DNA of 64,000 bases from positions 892,550 to 956,549 of the forward strand of contig NW_018408902.1 in NCBI RefSeq assembly GCF_002113885.1, given 5' to 3'. The notes under the pieces were generated by a model. That model saw only the letters and a program-made list of their open reading frames with translations, was not told where the DNA came from and searched no databases. Source of the DNA: Mizuhopecten yessoensis. Taxonomy: Eukaryota. Positions 28,563 through 42,529 of the stretch are shown here, piece by piece. Both the position numbers and the translations under genes were made by a program. Within the stretch, counting starts at the first letter, position 1. Every line of letters starts with the position of its first letter.

Positions 28563-31500
28563 TTTGGATGTTTACATAAATCGTCTGTCATACAGAAGCA
28601 GATTGGTTTGTTCTCACGTCACTATGGTAACAGTTCTTTCAACAAACTGACTGCAGTGACCAAATAACATTGACATGTCTTAATCTCAATCTCTGTAACT
28701 GTCCCATAACCTTAAGCTGGCTGGTTCTTCCTTTTTTATTTGGACTACATCTCATTGGAAAGGACACAAAATCAAATCTGTGCAGCCAAATTGGATCCAT
28801 GAGGCAGGAGCTGAAGGAAAGGGTACTCTAATAACTTAGGATGTGTCCAAATTGTTACGGCCGGCTGGCCAATTTGGCCGGTTTATTAAGCCTACACAAA
28901 CAATCCACTCACTCCAGTGACACTGGACTATTGGGGGACCATTCACGCCCTGAAAAAGTCACAGTGGCGTACCATGGTTAACTATAACACAGGGCAATAT
29001 GTGCTGATCAATCAGTAAAGACAGATAAATGGTACCGTTATCCTCTCCAATCAGTGGAGATAATTCCCTTGTTCATGCTCCACATGAGTATTTTAAATTG
29101 GTATAATGGATAGGTTATGGCTTATAATGCCCTTTATATTAAGTGTTTGTTACCCTCTCCTTTCATGCTCTATACCTGTGTGTCCCTTTCTTAAAAGAAT
29201 TGTCTCCCTAGTTGTCTCGAGCTCCCTTTACCGATACAGTTGTCCCTTTTCATATAGTCTTAATTAGTTGTCTACCTCAATCACCATAGCTGTCTCCCAT
29301 TATCCCTAGCTATCTTGATTAAATCAAAGATTGTAGCAGCATACTTGAAGATAACTTATACCTTCCTCATGCATATACACATACATTGTATATACATGTA
29401 CGTGATTATATAATTACAGCTTATCTTAATCTAGGTCAACTTAATCAATTAGATTGTAAAATCAACTCATTGATTCAGGCATGTGTTGATTGTAATCTTG
29501 GTGCTGTTTTCTGTCAAGAGAAGTGAACCTGCTGACCTGTTTCCTGGTGTATAACTTACACTCCACATTAATGTGGCAGTGGTGGGAATGCCCAGCCTAC
29601 TAATACCACAGGACAATATCACTGTGGAATCAGAATGGGCCTATATATATAGTGACCTATTACATGCTATTTATGTGTTTACATATAACACATGATCAGG
29701 ACTGGGAGGGACCAGCAACAATCCTCAGACAGATTATATATCACTCACAGAATTTGTTTTAACCCACAGGTCAGATATGACAGGAAGAAACCTGTTCAGT
29801 ACACTGCCCGTGAAGAAAGGCGAGGATGTACTACTATCAGGTGTAACACCAGACAACTTCACATATTTCTACAATGCTTTAACACTAGTAATAAACAACG
29901 AAAAAAACGACATGTTCTGGTAGCAAACATGACAATCCTGTTTATACTGTATAATGTTACTGTATGTGTACAAGGCATTGAAAAAGACATATCCTCTTGG
30001 TACACACAACAGTCTGTCGGAGAGCATACGGCCTGCATCTTGTCAACAGTGCCTTGTTAGTACACTCTGCATTTACCTGTAATCTGTTCACGTGAGTTTA
30101 GAAAGTCTAGAAAGTCGACAGAGTGACAAAGGATTTCTATAATGAGTATAAAGACACAAACTCGTTCTTATTACGCTATTTGAATTGACTATTGCATAAA
30201 GTTTGATAATAAAGATCTCATTCATGAATAAAGTGGTTAGAGAGTGATGACAGCTTTTCTTATATGGTGACCTTGACATTTATTAGGTGCCCTGAAACAC
30301 AAAATCATTTGAAGTATTCTCATAGCTGACTGTGCATGAGGTTTTATGAAAATGTGTTTGAAAATGATGCTATTTAAGGCATAACAGCAATTTGACCAAT
30401 TTGACCATGGCCATAACACCTTAAGACACAAAAGTCATTCCAGATATTGTCTTACTTGATCAAGATTACGATGTGAAGTTGTTGTTATGAATGCTCACCA
30501 GAAATTTAAACTTTCTTCAATGACTATAACCTTAAACCCAATTGTTTTTAAACAGATTTGAATGACATTAAATACACAGCCTTTGCACTATTGTAGCAAC
30601 AAGGATTGAATGTAACCTGTACTGTCAGACAGATGACCAGCATGCAGGACAGATGGACAGATTACAATGTCCCCTGCAACTCTAAGTCTTAACAAATACG
30701 GGTATCTCAAAACATACCTGATTTTTACATTAGGTTGCATGTGTATCAAGCGCAAAGAATTATTAGTCCAATGACAATTGATGAGGAATTCTTTTCGAAA
30801 ATTTCATTTTACATCTTGCTACTAGGCTAATAAATCCTTGGAAATGTAAGTGTTTAATTAATATGTGACTGGCACAAAGTGCCATAAAAAATTAAGTTAT
30901 AAACCATTCCTCCCTAAAGGAAGGCTAATGAGCTGTTTGAAGACCAGTGTGGAGAAAAGACCACATTGGTCTGACACAACAGGGTACATTCTCTCACCTC
31001 TTCAACGAAAACACATCATTTATCATACTTACACTCCCTCCTCTTGGAATGTTAAATAGGGTCTCGGCCAGGTACTCTTTGTACATCAAGGTCATCATGG
31101 GTCAAATCATACATGACTCGGGCCAAGTCGTGTTTAACACATTATTATCCTTCAATGTCCCTACCTGATACATTATGTTTCAATCAGGCCGTTCAGGAAG
31201 GTATGTTGACTCTGTTCATACACTTGTGTGTACAGATGGATATCACACACAAGGCGATTGATGAGCAGAATGCATGTACATCAAGTTCAGGCGAAATGTA
31301 TATATGCTTGAAAATGATTTGCATTCATTTGTTTGATCATGCAAGTAACCAAATATAGGTTCAATTCATGTTCTGTATCCAAATCAGTAAATGATAAATA
31401 CTAACCTTTAACAAGATTTAATTATAAGACATATATAAATACACACCTTTTTTCTCTCACTATATATAAAGAAACATGATGATGATGATGATGATGATGA

Positions 31501-31892
31501 CTGTGACCTTGAACCTTAACTTTGACTCCTTGATAAATAGAATTCCTAATCCTAACAGTAGCCACTGAGGAGTAATTATAAATGATTAAAAGCTGAATTT
31601 GAATCAGCAACAAGAATTCAGTAATTTATTGTTTTAAAATGTCTAAACCCTACTTAGATTTTGAAATGAAAACTGACTAACAAAATTATTTGATCCCAAT
31701 TTGTTCATATAATACTGAAATATTCAAGTAGCATGATTCCAAATATTCATATGCATCTATTGACATAAAATCCAGAAATATTTGTAAACTTTAATTACAG
31801 ATATAACCAATATATGTCATGACAGAATTTTCAATTTCCGTTAGGCTAACCAGGCTTTAAACAGCTACAGCAGATAGCATAGGAAGAAAGCA

Positions 31893-32596
31893 ATGTTTGT
31901 CCATAACATTATTTGACCAGGCTCTGACTAGCTTGATCAGGTAGGGAGAAAGTAATGTTTGTCCACTACATTAAGCTGACCAGGCTCTGACTAGCTTGAT
32001 CAGGTAGGGAGAAAGTAATGTTTGTCCACTACATAAAGCTATCCAGGCTCTACTAGCTTATCAGATAGGGAGAAAGTAATGTTTGTCCACTACATTAAGC
32101 TGACCAGGCTCAGACTAGCTTTATCAGGTAGGGAGAAAGTAATGTTTGTCCACTACATGAAGCTGACCAGGCTCTGACTAGCTTGATCAGGTAGGGAGAA
32201 AGTAATGTTTGTCCACTACATAAAGCTATCCAGGCTCTACTAGCTTATCAGATAGGGAGAAAGTAATGTTTGTCCACTACATTAAGCTGACCAGGCTCAG
32301 ACTAGCTTTATCAGGTAGGGAGAAAGTAATGTTTGTCCACTACATGAAGCTGACCAGGCTCTGACTAGCTTGATCAGGTAGGGAGAAAGTAATGTTTGTC
32401 CACTACATTAAGCTGACCAGGCTCGGGCTAGCTTAATCAGGTAGGGAGAAAGTAATGTTTGTCCACTACATGAAGCTATCCAGGCTCTACTAGCTTATCA
32501 GGTAGGGAGAAGGTAATGTTTGTCCACTACATTAAGCTGACCAGGCTCTTCTAGCTTGATCAGGTAGGGAGAAAGTAATGTTTGTCCACTACATTA
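31893..32596. repeat. 62-63 bp minisatellite, about 11 copies
   Basis: Unit GTAGGGAGAAAGTAATGTTTGTCCACTACATTAAGCTGACCAGGCTCTGACTAGCTTGATCAG. Confidence 0.96.
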
Positions 32597-34339
32597 AATA
32601 CATGAAGTATAAGTGATGATGACTTATTCTCTTTGATCATCCCTATACACTAATAATGTCACTCTTTATACAGCATGTATGTCATAATATATACCTACAT
32701 GTATATATTAAGCATCTTCATATATTTGTATAGAATGATATAGACTGGTTATCATCTCTAGAATATTGCATTAATATTTATAAGAGAAAGAGAGACTTTC
32801 ATAATTTTGATATTTTTGGATGTCTGCAATTCTATAAAGTTTCAAACTCAGGGAAGATGTAAGATATTGTTTTTACTTGTCTTTTTTACTTGGTTTATTG
32901 ATGATCATGACAGTTTGGTAAATTGAAGACCCATTCCATTTTAACAATAATAAGCTTCTTTTAATCAATGACATATTCAAGTGAATTGATGACACATTTC
33001 GATTAATTGAAATAACATTTGAATAAACTGACAAAACATTCCACTTAATTGATTACACATTCAGGTAAATTGATTTCACATTTCAGACAACCTGATGTCA
33101 AAATTAAGCTAGTTGATATGACACAATTCAGTAAATTGATGATGCATTTCATACGTACCCAAGGATGTGTATGTATAATTAACATTTCTATGAGCATTTT
33201 TAAGGAGACCGCAGGGTTTTAATATCTACACGCCTACAGGACTTACTAATATTACGAGTGGATCCACAGATTCATGTGATCACAGGTGATTGAAGGATCC
33301 TTATCCCACTGCAACAAATTAAAACACTAGAGAATTCCAAGTGTTTTTTAGTATACACAATTACCTCCCTTGACACACCTCGAAAATGTTTCATTTCAAA
33401 AAAATCTTTTGTTGAGCATGTTGTCATAATGTGCTTCAGTTAGCTTATACATTGAATATATATTTCATTGTTACTAAACCATATAATATAAGTATCCAGG
33501 ATACAAAAGATTTTAAACTGGAATAAATTTATATAACTTGGATAAAATGTCCTAATGCAGCCACAGAAATTTTGTATTACATTGTAATTTATCAAGTATC
33601 TTACCAGTTTGTAATACACACTTCATACCTTATATACCTCCCGACCTGTCATAGGTACGTATGAGTCATCAGTCGATGTAGAAACTTCACACAATAAACA
33701 TGTTTACGTATTAAAACACCAAACACAAGCTTACTCCACTGCACTACTACATTTGTAGTATGTATTATGTACACTTGTAAATCATTCCAGCTTCATTTTG
33801 TTCTCTTAAAATATTTCCTTTTACAGATATATGTTATCTACTAAGACTATTTTTGCACCACCACATGTACAGTACTTTTCACACACTAACTGTGTATTCC
33901 TGGTCTGGAGTGGTAGATTAGGCCAAACAGAAAAGGAAATGGGTTTCCTGATTGAAAAAATTCAGTAGGCAGGTAACAAAATTTATTTTTAAAAATAATT
34001 GTATGTGGTTTACATAGAAGAGTGATTTCGACTATAACAGTGCCTCTATAAAAATTACCTTAACAATAAGGTAAGGAACAGAAAATAAGCGCAGGTACAT
34101 GAAGGGTTACTGGAAACATATTGTGTGACCCAGTTAACGTTTCAATGAGTCACATCACACAACCTCTTTCTTTTTTCTTTTAAGAAGTGAAGTCACTTTC
34201 TTGCGGCAGTTCTCCGAGGTACATTGTTTCTGTGATATAAGTCCTGCTCAATTGATCTTTATTGATAATTAATATGCTCATATTGTTACAGTGTTAAAAT
34301 TATTTTACAATCATAAAACACATTTTTTTTTAAATATAT

Positions 34340-34520
34340 TAATCACTTTTGTTGGCCCAGATGGAAGCATGTAGTGGGTGTCTATGTGGAAGGAGACTAG
34401 ATTTACCAGACCAAAACACACTTTGACCAGCCGGTGATGACCTTTTCACATCTGGGGAATTGAACCCCGGCCATCTTGGTGAAAGGCCTTTGCTTTATTT
34501 ACTGAACCACCCAACCATCC
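34340..34520 (-). mobile_element. Degenerate tRNA-derived SINE
   Basis: Minus-strand head has an A-box-like TGGTTCAGT and a B-box GGTTCAATTCC (34456-34466); no complete cloverleaf. Confidence 0.6.
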
Positions 34521-35890
34521 AATACACTGAGTAACAATGCCAATGAATATGAGTAACCAGGAATGCAATCAAGCCCTATAACTAAGGTAGTCAGTAGTAC
34601 TTGTTGGGGTCTGTGTACATGTGGTGGAGTTAATTCATATGCTAGCAATGCAATCACCCTTTTGTTGGGGACAAGTTAGCCATGAGGCACTGGTTGGTTA
34701 GTTGCAGTAGATAGGGTCCAACTTGGAGGTAATTAATATGCTAGCAATGCTATCAGGCCCTGCAAGTTACAAAAATCAGATGTACATGAGCTGGGGTCCA
34801 AGATTTGGACAGGGAAATATAATGAGTGGACTGACCAGGGGTCAGCCTTCAAGAGTAATTGTGTTGGACAGATCAGGTTCACTATACCACTGGCAGCTGG
34901 TCAGTGGAAGAATCCAGTAACACAGACAGGAAATGTGTTGACTAGTGACTGACCAGTGGCCAGTTTATTGACCACTACATGCATATGCTGTTACTTACTT
35001 GTCAGATTTCATCATACATGTTAAAGAACTGGCTCAGGCTGAATGTCTGTGTCCGTCATGAACAGACTTGGGACAGCCTTCCAATGGTGGCTAGATACAC
35101 CACAGACAGAGGAGATGAGTACCAGCTGATGAAATGTAAGACCCTTATCAAGGATCCAGGAAATGCTTGTACAGAATTAATAGGCTCTGTTCATCATGTC
35201 AGTATTTATATGTGTATTCATCAGATAACAATGTCTCATTGTGAAGTAGAAATGGCAGGCAATATGACTACATACCAGCTTACTTATCCATTTTAGGGTC
35301 AACTTCCCTCAATCATTACAGTCAAATTGCTTTCAACTGGCCATGGTACCGGTAATGCTATCTTAAACACAGCAACTTTCTACATATCAATTAACTGGTG
35401 TGACTACTAATTAGGTAACCTGTATATATGGTAAGCCATCCTGGCCTATATCCTCTGTAAGTTAATAGCCTTATTGATTGTTATTGAAAGCAGGATATAT
35501 ATAATGTACAATATTACATCCTCTACTTTTCAATATATATATATATATATACATAACCACCACTGACCATGAAACAGCCCCACACTAACTCAAATATGAC
35601 TCAATAAAGCATTGTGCACTTCTCCTTTCTTCAAATTAAAATTGCTGTTTAGACTTTAAAATCTAATTTCACTACATGACAGAATCATTATTAAGGAATA
35701 TCTGAAAATCTTCTTTTTTTCATTTTGTTCTGACAAACCATTTTCAACAGAATATGACAGCATATTGAATATACGCAATCAATATCTGAATGGAGAATTG
35801 TAATAATAATGCTGACAACAACAGCTTCCTGGTCAGTCGTTTACAGCTGTGTACATGTACGTATACCTGTACTTACATGTTACCGTACAC

Positions 35891-37372
35891 TCAATTCAAC
35901 TTTATTCTCTTTCACAATACAATGTATAGAGAAACATATTTACAATATAATATATAGTAATTGTAGTGTTCGTAGTCGGTAGTACACAGTACTGTTTTAT
36001 AATATATACACATTTATATCGAGGAGGTCAAATACTGTTATTAATTATTCTAATAAAAGTACAAAGTTTCTTCAGTGTTTTTATATTAGTAGTATTCATC
36101 AATTCATTAAACTTAATTACATTTGGTCTCGTCCAAAAATATTTGTCTATGTATAAAATTCGAAACCCAGATAGTGACGGACACTCAAGCAAGTAATGGA
36201 ATTCGTCACCAATTTGCTGACTGTTACAGTGTGGACATTTTCTTTCATTATACTCTATATTATGCCATCTGCCGGTTTCAACAATGAATTTGTGATTAGT
36301 AGTCTTAAATTTACAAAATGTAACTCTATCCTTATCACTTAAAATATCTAAGTAATTTTCAAAATGACAATTATTTTTAAAAATCCTATAACATGTAGCT
36401 TTTGATGAAGTGTGAACATCACTCTGCCATTTCTGTAAATACTGGTCGTACAATCTTTGTTTAATAACATGCTTTAGCCATGTGATATTACATTCTGAAG
36501 TATATTGGACATTCCATAGGTAACTCATACCACATTCATTTAAAATACGTTTAATAAAACTTATATATGGAACCGGTTTATCATCAACATTATGTTGATG
36601 GCAAAGAAATTTATACAATATAATATTAATTTTGTTTCCTTTAGAATGAGTCAATTGTGACCAATATGATATTATTCTTGTTTTTATTGTTATTTCAAGT
36701 GGACTAGTACCTAGTTCTCCATATACCATATAATTAGGGGTGCTACTTTTTAACCCTAGTAATAATTTACAGAACTTTAAATGTACACGTTCAATTACCT
36801 TAAGGTCAGAAAGACCCCAAACTTCACAACCATACAACAGTATGGGTTTTACAATCTTGTTAAATAAATCATATATACAATGAACTGATAAATTATGTAG
36901 TCTACCTTTCTTTATAACGTCATACATTGCTATAGTAGCCTTTTTAATATTGTATTTTTTCGTTTCATTGAATGAACCAGTTCGATTAAATGCCGTACCC
37001 AAATAGGTAAAATTGTCCACTAACTCGATCGCCTCATTATTAAATAAAAATACATTTCTATTGTTTTTGCGTCCTTTACTAAACACTATACATTTGGTTT
37101 TTCCTATATTAACCTTTAATTTCCACTGTTTACAGTATTCACTGAATACATTTAATTGTAGTTGCAAGTCAACTGGACAGTCCGAGAAAAGTAGTGTATC
37201 ATCAGCATATAGTAAAATAAGAAGCTTTATGTATACATGTAGATTATTTTCTAATTTAGTACTAAGGTTTGTCAAACCCTGAACGTTATTTTGGACCATA
37301 AACTCTTCTAGATCGTTCAAGTACAGACTGAATAAAAAGGGAGATAGATTTTCTCCTTGTCTCAAACCACAG
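35891..37372 (-). mobile_element. 5'-truncated non-LTR retrotransposon (RTE-X-like LINE); open frame 36028 to about 37370 with C-terminal RT domain and Cys/His motif
   Basis: RT motifs GLRQGENLSPFLF and LLYADD; C-terminal VETGRW...CPHC...GDEFHYLLEC; 3' end AATAAAGTTGAATTGA. No endonuclease or N-terminal RT present. The clade call is from motif recognition only. Confidence 0.9.
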
Positions 37373-38067
37373 ATATGATAACTGTATTTACTACACTGCA
37401 TATAACAACACTTTAAATCATTTTACAGATACCCTGTACACACATATATATATGATGTATTACAACACTACAAAATGTTATACACATATGACTTTTAAAC
37501 TTGTATGCCTGCCCAGCATTTATACTGTATTGTAAATAGACTGTATTTTTTTCAATTTATTGCAGAACTTTTGGTTACTGTTTTGGTTATACTTAAGGCC
37601 ATAATTTCATTGCTTAAATGCTGTCAAGGAATTTTTCATACATACTGCCTTAATCCCAGAAAAGTTTTTTTGACAAAAAATCTCATTTGATCACTTTTTG
37701 TCCTAAAATATCATAAACAATGATTGCCAACTCTTTACACTGCAAAGGAATAGCTTCTACATGATATGTTCTATAACCAACTCCTATACTACTCGTTTGT
37801 TATTGATGTTTCAGAGGCAATTCATGAAAGAACATTAAAAGTTTCAACATAAATGCTGCCTTCCTCATTATACATTTTGCTGTACACTGGTGTCAAAGTA
37901 GCCAGACTCATTTTACTTTGAATTATCCTAATGTGGAACATTTATCAAAGCTTTCTTTCTGAAGAAATGCCAAGCTGGAATTATTCCTAGTTTAGTGTTT
38001 CATCACTAGAAAACAACACAATTGAGGCTCTAGAATGGCAACCACCGACTATAAGTGCATATTGCAT

Positions 38068-38615
38068 GTGACTGATCTCTGGGACTACAGACACGCATCC
38101 GCAACAACCAATTAATTGTATATGTGACTTTTCTCTGGGATTGAGGCTCTTTATCAACCCATGGAAAGTAGCTGTGACCTATCTTTGGGATTGAGGCTCT
38201 GCTCTAACCAATGAAAGGTCTTTGTGCACGTGACTGATCTATGGCATCGTCAGGCTCTGTTCTAACCAACAGAAAGTGTTTACAACCTATCTATGGGATG
38301 GAGGCTCTGTACCAACCAACAAAAATATCTGTAACCTACATATGGGATTGAGAATCTTTATCAACCAATATGGAAAGTATATGTGACCTATCTATCAGAT
38401 TGAGGCCTAGGCTGTACAATAGTCAAATGGAAAGCATCTGTGTCTATCTCTGAGATTGAGGCTCTAGATAAACCAATGGAAAGTTCCGAGACTGAGGCTC
38501 TAGATCAACCAATGGAATATATCTGTGACCTTTTTCTAGGATTGAGGCTCTACACCAACGGATGAGAAGTATTCATGACCGATCTCTATGATGCCCGACC
38601 TTGGGATTGAAGCTT
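38068..38615. repeat. Old degenerate tandem repeat, about 45-55 bp
   Basis: GGGATTGAGGCTCT...ACCAATGGAAAG recurs. Confidence 0.8.
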
Positions 38616-39341
38616 TGTACAGTACAAACAATTGAAGCAATGAAACTGATTTTTTCAATAGCCCAGGCTTGTTATCTGTTATATTATATACCACCAATGT
38701 GACAGGATCCACACAGCTCTATGGATATCCCAGGGAAGCACCTAATGCCGAGTTTGGACTAAATAGTGATACGATCTAGTATTAGGTTATATTTATGCTG
38801 CTTCTCCCAGGGCCCACGACTAGACCTATCAGACACAGAGCTACAAGTTTCTGCAGTATACCAACCACATGGGATGATAAAATAGCACAAAACCATGTGA
38901 AAGTCCCACAAGACAAGATAGCCTGATGGTTAAGATATGCTTGCCTGCTGAGGAACAAAATAACTAAACCCCTTAACAATAAAACGCAATTCTGAAGCAG
39001 ACACAGGTTTTTCGAGGTGATCATGTAAATTCAAAATATCTAAATCAATACATGAAAACAAATGTAGAGATACTTGTATATATCTACAGTTTATCCTTTT
39101 ACAGTGTAGTATCGACATAACTACTGAAACTAATTCCGTTCTCAATGGGGTTGTCTTGGTAACGCTGTGATCAGCCACTAGTTCGTGTCAGGAACCATTC
39201 ATTCCAGGTATATAAGCCTGACTTACTCCTACACTCATTTACATTGTACCAATTTCACAAAGCAATTGTGATCTGGTACTATATCCTCACTTACATGTAA
39301 AGCAGAATTTTAAAGCCAAAATTAGATTAGATTCTGCTGAA

Positions 39342-39394
39342 TACTGTGTTATTTCGGCTCATAAATTCAATTTATGTGCCGAAATAACACAGTA
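39342..39394. repeat. 53-bp near-perfect hairpin, possible TA-flanked micro-MITE
   Basis: TACTGTGTTATTTCGGC t CATAAATT c AATTTATG t GCCGAAATAACACAGTA; 26-bp arms with one mismatch. Confidence 0.8.
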
Positions 39395-42059
39395 AACAAC
39401 ATGGGATACAACGGAATTTCTGCTAATTATTTGTCTACATTGGGATGTAAATAAAGTATATACAACGCCTAGCAGAGTTTCGGAGCAACCTGTCCCTTTT
39501 TCAAGACACAACAACTTTTGCCTGTGTGGACAAAACCAAATCCAACACTAATTGATGCAGTGCAGCGTACAAACAAACATGAGACTTTTAAAAAACAAAT
39601 CAAATGAAAGAAAATAGAAATACCACTGGAATTACAGGAAAACTGCAGGAAGTGCAAGATATTACTTCATTTCCAATCTTGCACGGCTGCCTGATCCCAC
39701 AACCAATGTGGACACCAGACCCCACCACTCTGCACTCATAACCTTCAATTTTACTCCCTCAAAATTAGAGGGTTTTATTCCATGTTTTAAAATTGACTTT
39801 ATCTGTGAATATTGAAATGAAATCAAAATTAGTTTGACCGATATCTTGACAATGATGCATTCTGCACGTTATATAGCAACAAACTGTACTGCTGCCATCA
39901 ATATTTAGTATTCATCTCTCTTGAAAGTGTGACCACAGCTGGTAGTACACATATTTGTATTTGTCACACAGTAGCTTCACAGTTTGTATTTGCCTTACAT
40001 GTATCTAGCAAACCCTTACAAAAAAAATCCAACAGCAACAATCATCTAATGTAACCTTTGTTCCATGATATTTCACCTTTGCTTTGAATTCCTGGTCCAT
40101 TTTTGGGTGTTTCTCAAGTCATTATAGTAATTGCTAACATGAAGAATCAAAGATATTGAAACCATCACCCACATTTCTCTACATCTGTCAGTCAGCCTTG
40201 TACTGAATGAAATGTACACAAGTAATGAGCTGGCCTTGTATCAACTTCTAGCAAGACAAAAAAGTAGGAACAAAAAATATCATTAAAGAATCTACTGCAT
40301 GTTGGAACAACACAAATACAGCCACATGGAGAGTCTGACTTAACACAGACCACCAGCAGATGTACTTCTGACATACAGTCTGTTATCAGGTAAGCCTTTT
40401 ATCTGTTTGACTAATTAATTACAACCAATTGTGTCTGAATACACATGGGGCTTAAACAATGGGTGATGAAAACTGGAAACTGTTTATTTCACACAACAAA
40501 GACTTGGTCATGTACAGGAATCTGTGATCTACTGCATTTCTCACTTACACCAGCTGTGCATACACACCCTCCTCGGGTCATTAGGTGCTGTTAAAGATCA
40601 GCTGTGTTTATAGTGGTCTTCCTACAATAACACGTTATACTCATAACACAGCACAACCATAAGGAAAACAAACAGTAGCCATTTAAAGGGTATAGGACCG
40701 GCCCTGACATCAGCCATCATACCACAGAACTGCTATATAATACAACATCAAAATACAATATATTAGCCATTGAAGGGTATCGGCCCTGACACTAGCCATT
40801 ATATGCCACAGGACCACTATAATAGAGCATTAAATAAGAGTACTGCTGCCAACACAGCTAAGCAGATATAATAACAGCAGTTTTAATATTTTGAACATGT
40901 ATGTGATGTTCATGATACATAGTGTAATATACATTGTATTTGAAAGTAGTACAGTGTTTATTGAATGTCATTGTATTGACAATGTATATGTATCACTATC
41001 TTCTAGTAATATGATGTATATGTACATGTAACTGTCCTGTTTCACTGTGTCTTGATAAAGGAGCGGATCGCTCCGAAAAATTTAACAACCTAAACTTGTC
41101 CACACTGTTGGAATGACTTCTTTGCCCCATATCACTATGTGACGGTATAGTACAAATACAATGTATATATTGTGTACATGTATGATGGTGGAACAATGTA
41201 TTTATATATATATATATATATGTAATGGTTATACAATATATATTGAATATGTATGTTATGTAATACAACATATTATATATATTATAAACGGGCTGTTGTA
41301 CAATGTATATCATATAGCTAGAATAATTGCGTATTATATGTGATGGTAATTAATACAATGCGTTTTCTTTTTGATGAATCAATGCATATTGAGTGATCAC
41401 CAGGCAGTAAGTTTATTGTTTACTGTATATGATAGTATACAATGTATCTTGTATCTTGTGCATGATAGAAAGCTAGATGGTGCCTTAATTAATCTATATA
41501 TAGTTTTATATACAAGGCTAATTCTAACCTCACACCTTCTAGAAGGCATCCTGTCAATCAATAGGGAGATATCAATTTTAATAGGGGTCACACGCTTTCT
41601 GGAATCACTTGATGGGGGTTGCTGGGCCTTCCTTTGCAAGCCGGATTAGGGAGCTATGACCTGCAATCCATCTAACACATTTGTGTCAGTCAATCTATCA
41701 TAGAACCCTACCCAGTTGTGGTTGGTTCTCATCAATAATTCACGGCCATTTTGTATTGAGCATGTTACTTTCTTTGTTTATCACAGGACTGCCTTGCTGA
41801 TTGGTCTGTAGTCGTCTTAATAATACTGTACACAATTCATTGTCTATCCCAACTACTGCTAATGGGTCCAGTGTAGTGTGACCGAGGCTGAATGGGGACA
41901 GGAAATAGTCCAAAATATTTACATATCAATGAATACTTCTATACATTATATCTGGTATACAAATATATAATTGAAAGACTTGAAAAGATTAGAGTTTGTT
42001 ATATTTAAACTTCTGAAAATGTAGTTATATCTATGAATACACCTACATGTACCATTTAT

Positions 42060-42333
42060 ATTTGCTTTTATTTATTTCCTTGGTCATGATGTTAATAAAT
42101 ATAATATGGTCCTGAAGAAGCCCACATGTTCGGGCGAAACCGGTAGACATACAATAAATTAAGAAACCAACCTATCCTGAGCTTGTTGCGATTGAATATT
42201 GCCTTTAGTTTCCCGTTCCTCAATCGCCCTGCATACCCCTGGGTATCCAAGCAAGGGATAACGGAACCTACAGAACCTAGATCAGAAGTACCGCGTTGGC
42301 TCTACACCCGATGATGTATAATATATATATATA
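42060..42333 (+). mobile_element. Probable solo terminal (pseudo-LTR) fragment of a Penelope-like element
   Basis: Carries the hammerhead and AATAAA, is richer in GC/CpG than its flanks and ends in a (TA)n tract. Left boundary approximate. Confidence 0.55.
42105..42151 (+). ncRNA. Minimal type I hammerhead ribozyme (Penelope pseudo-LTR type)
   Basis: UAUGGUC-CUGAAGA-A-GCCC acauguuc GGGC-GAAA-CCGG-UA-GACAUA. Intact core, 4-bp stem II, palindromic ACCGGU stem III, stem I with one bulge; followed by AATAAA. Confidence 0.8.
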
Positions 42334-42529
42334 CAAGCTTCAGCTTCATAACCAGGCCAAGGTCGGAGACATAAGATTTGCTCAAGTGGTTTTAGAAATA
42401 TAGTGAATGCAATGAACAATGGGAAATAACTTCAATTAATTAACGCAATAGGATAAACCATAATCAATCATTAATCAATGGACATAACTTAGATATAATA
42501 TATACTGTCAAACATACTTGTGCAACCAC

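Noticed and set aside
26987-28667. 530-aa ORF and overlapping plus-strand ORFs
   Set aside because: They are translations of a minisatellite whose unit is nearly stop-free on that strand; the same peptides appear in all three frames.
31476-31500. Poly-His ORF 31422-31613
   Set aside because: It is an (ATG)n microsatellite, with no other coding evidence.
34440-34520. Possible tRNA gene
   Set aside because: A B-box is present but the acceptor and D stems do not pair, and the sequence continues into a SINE-like body.
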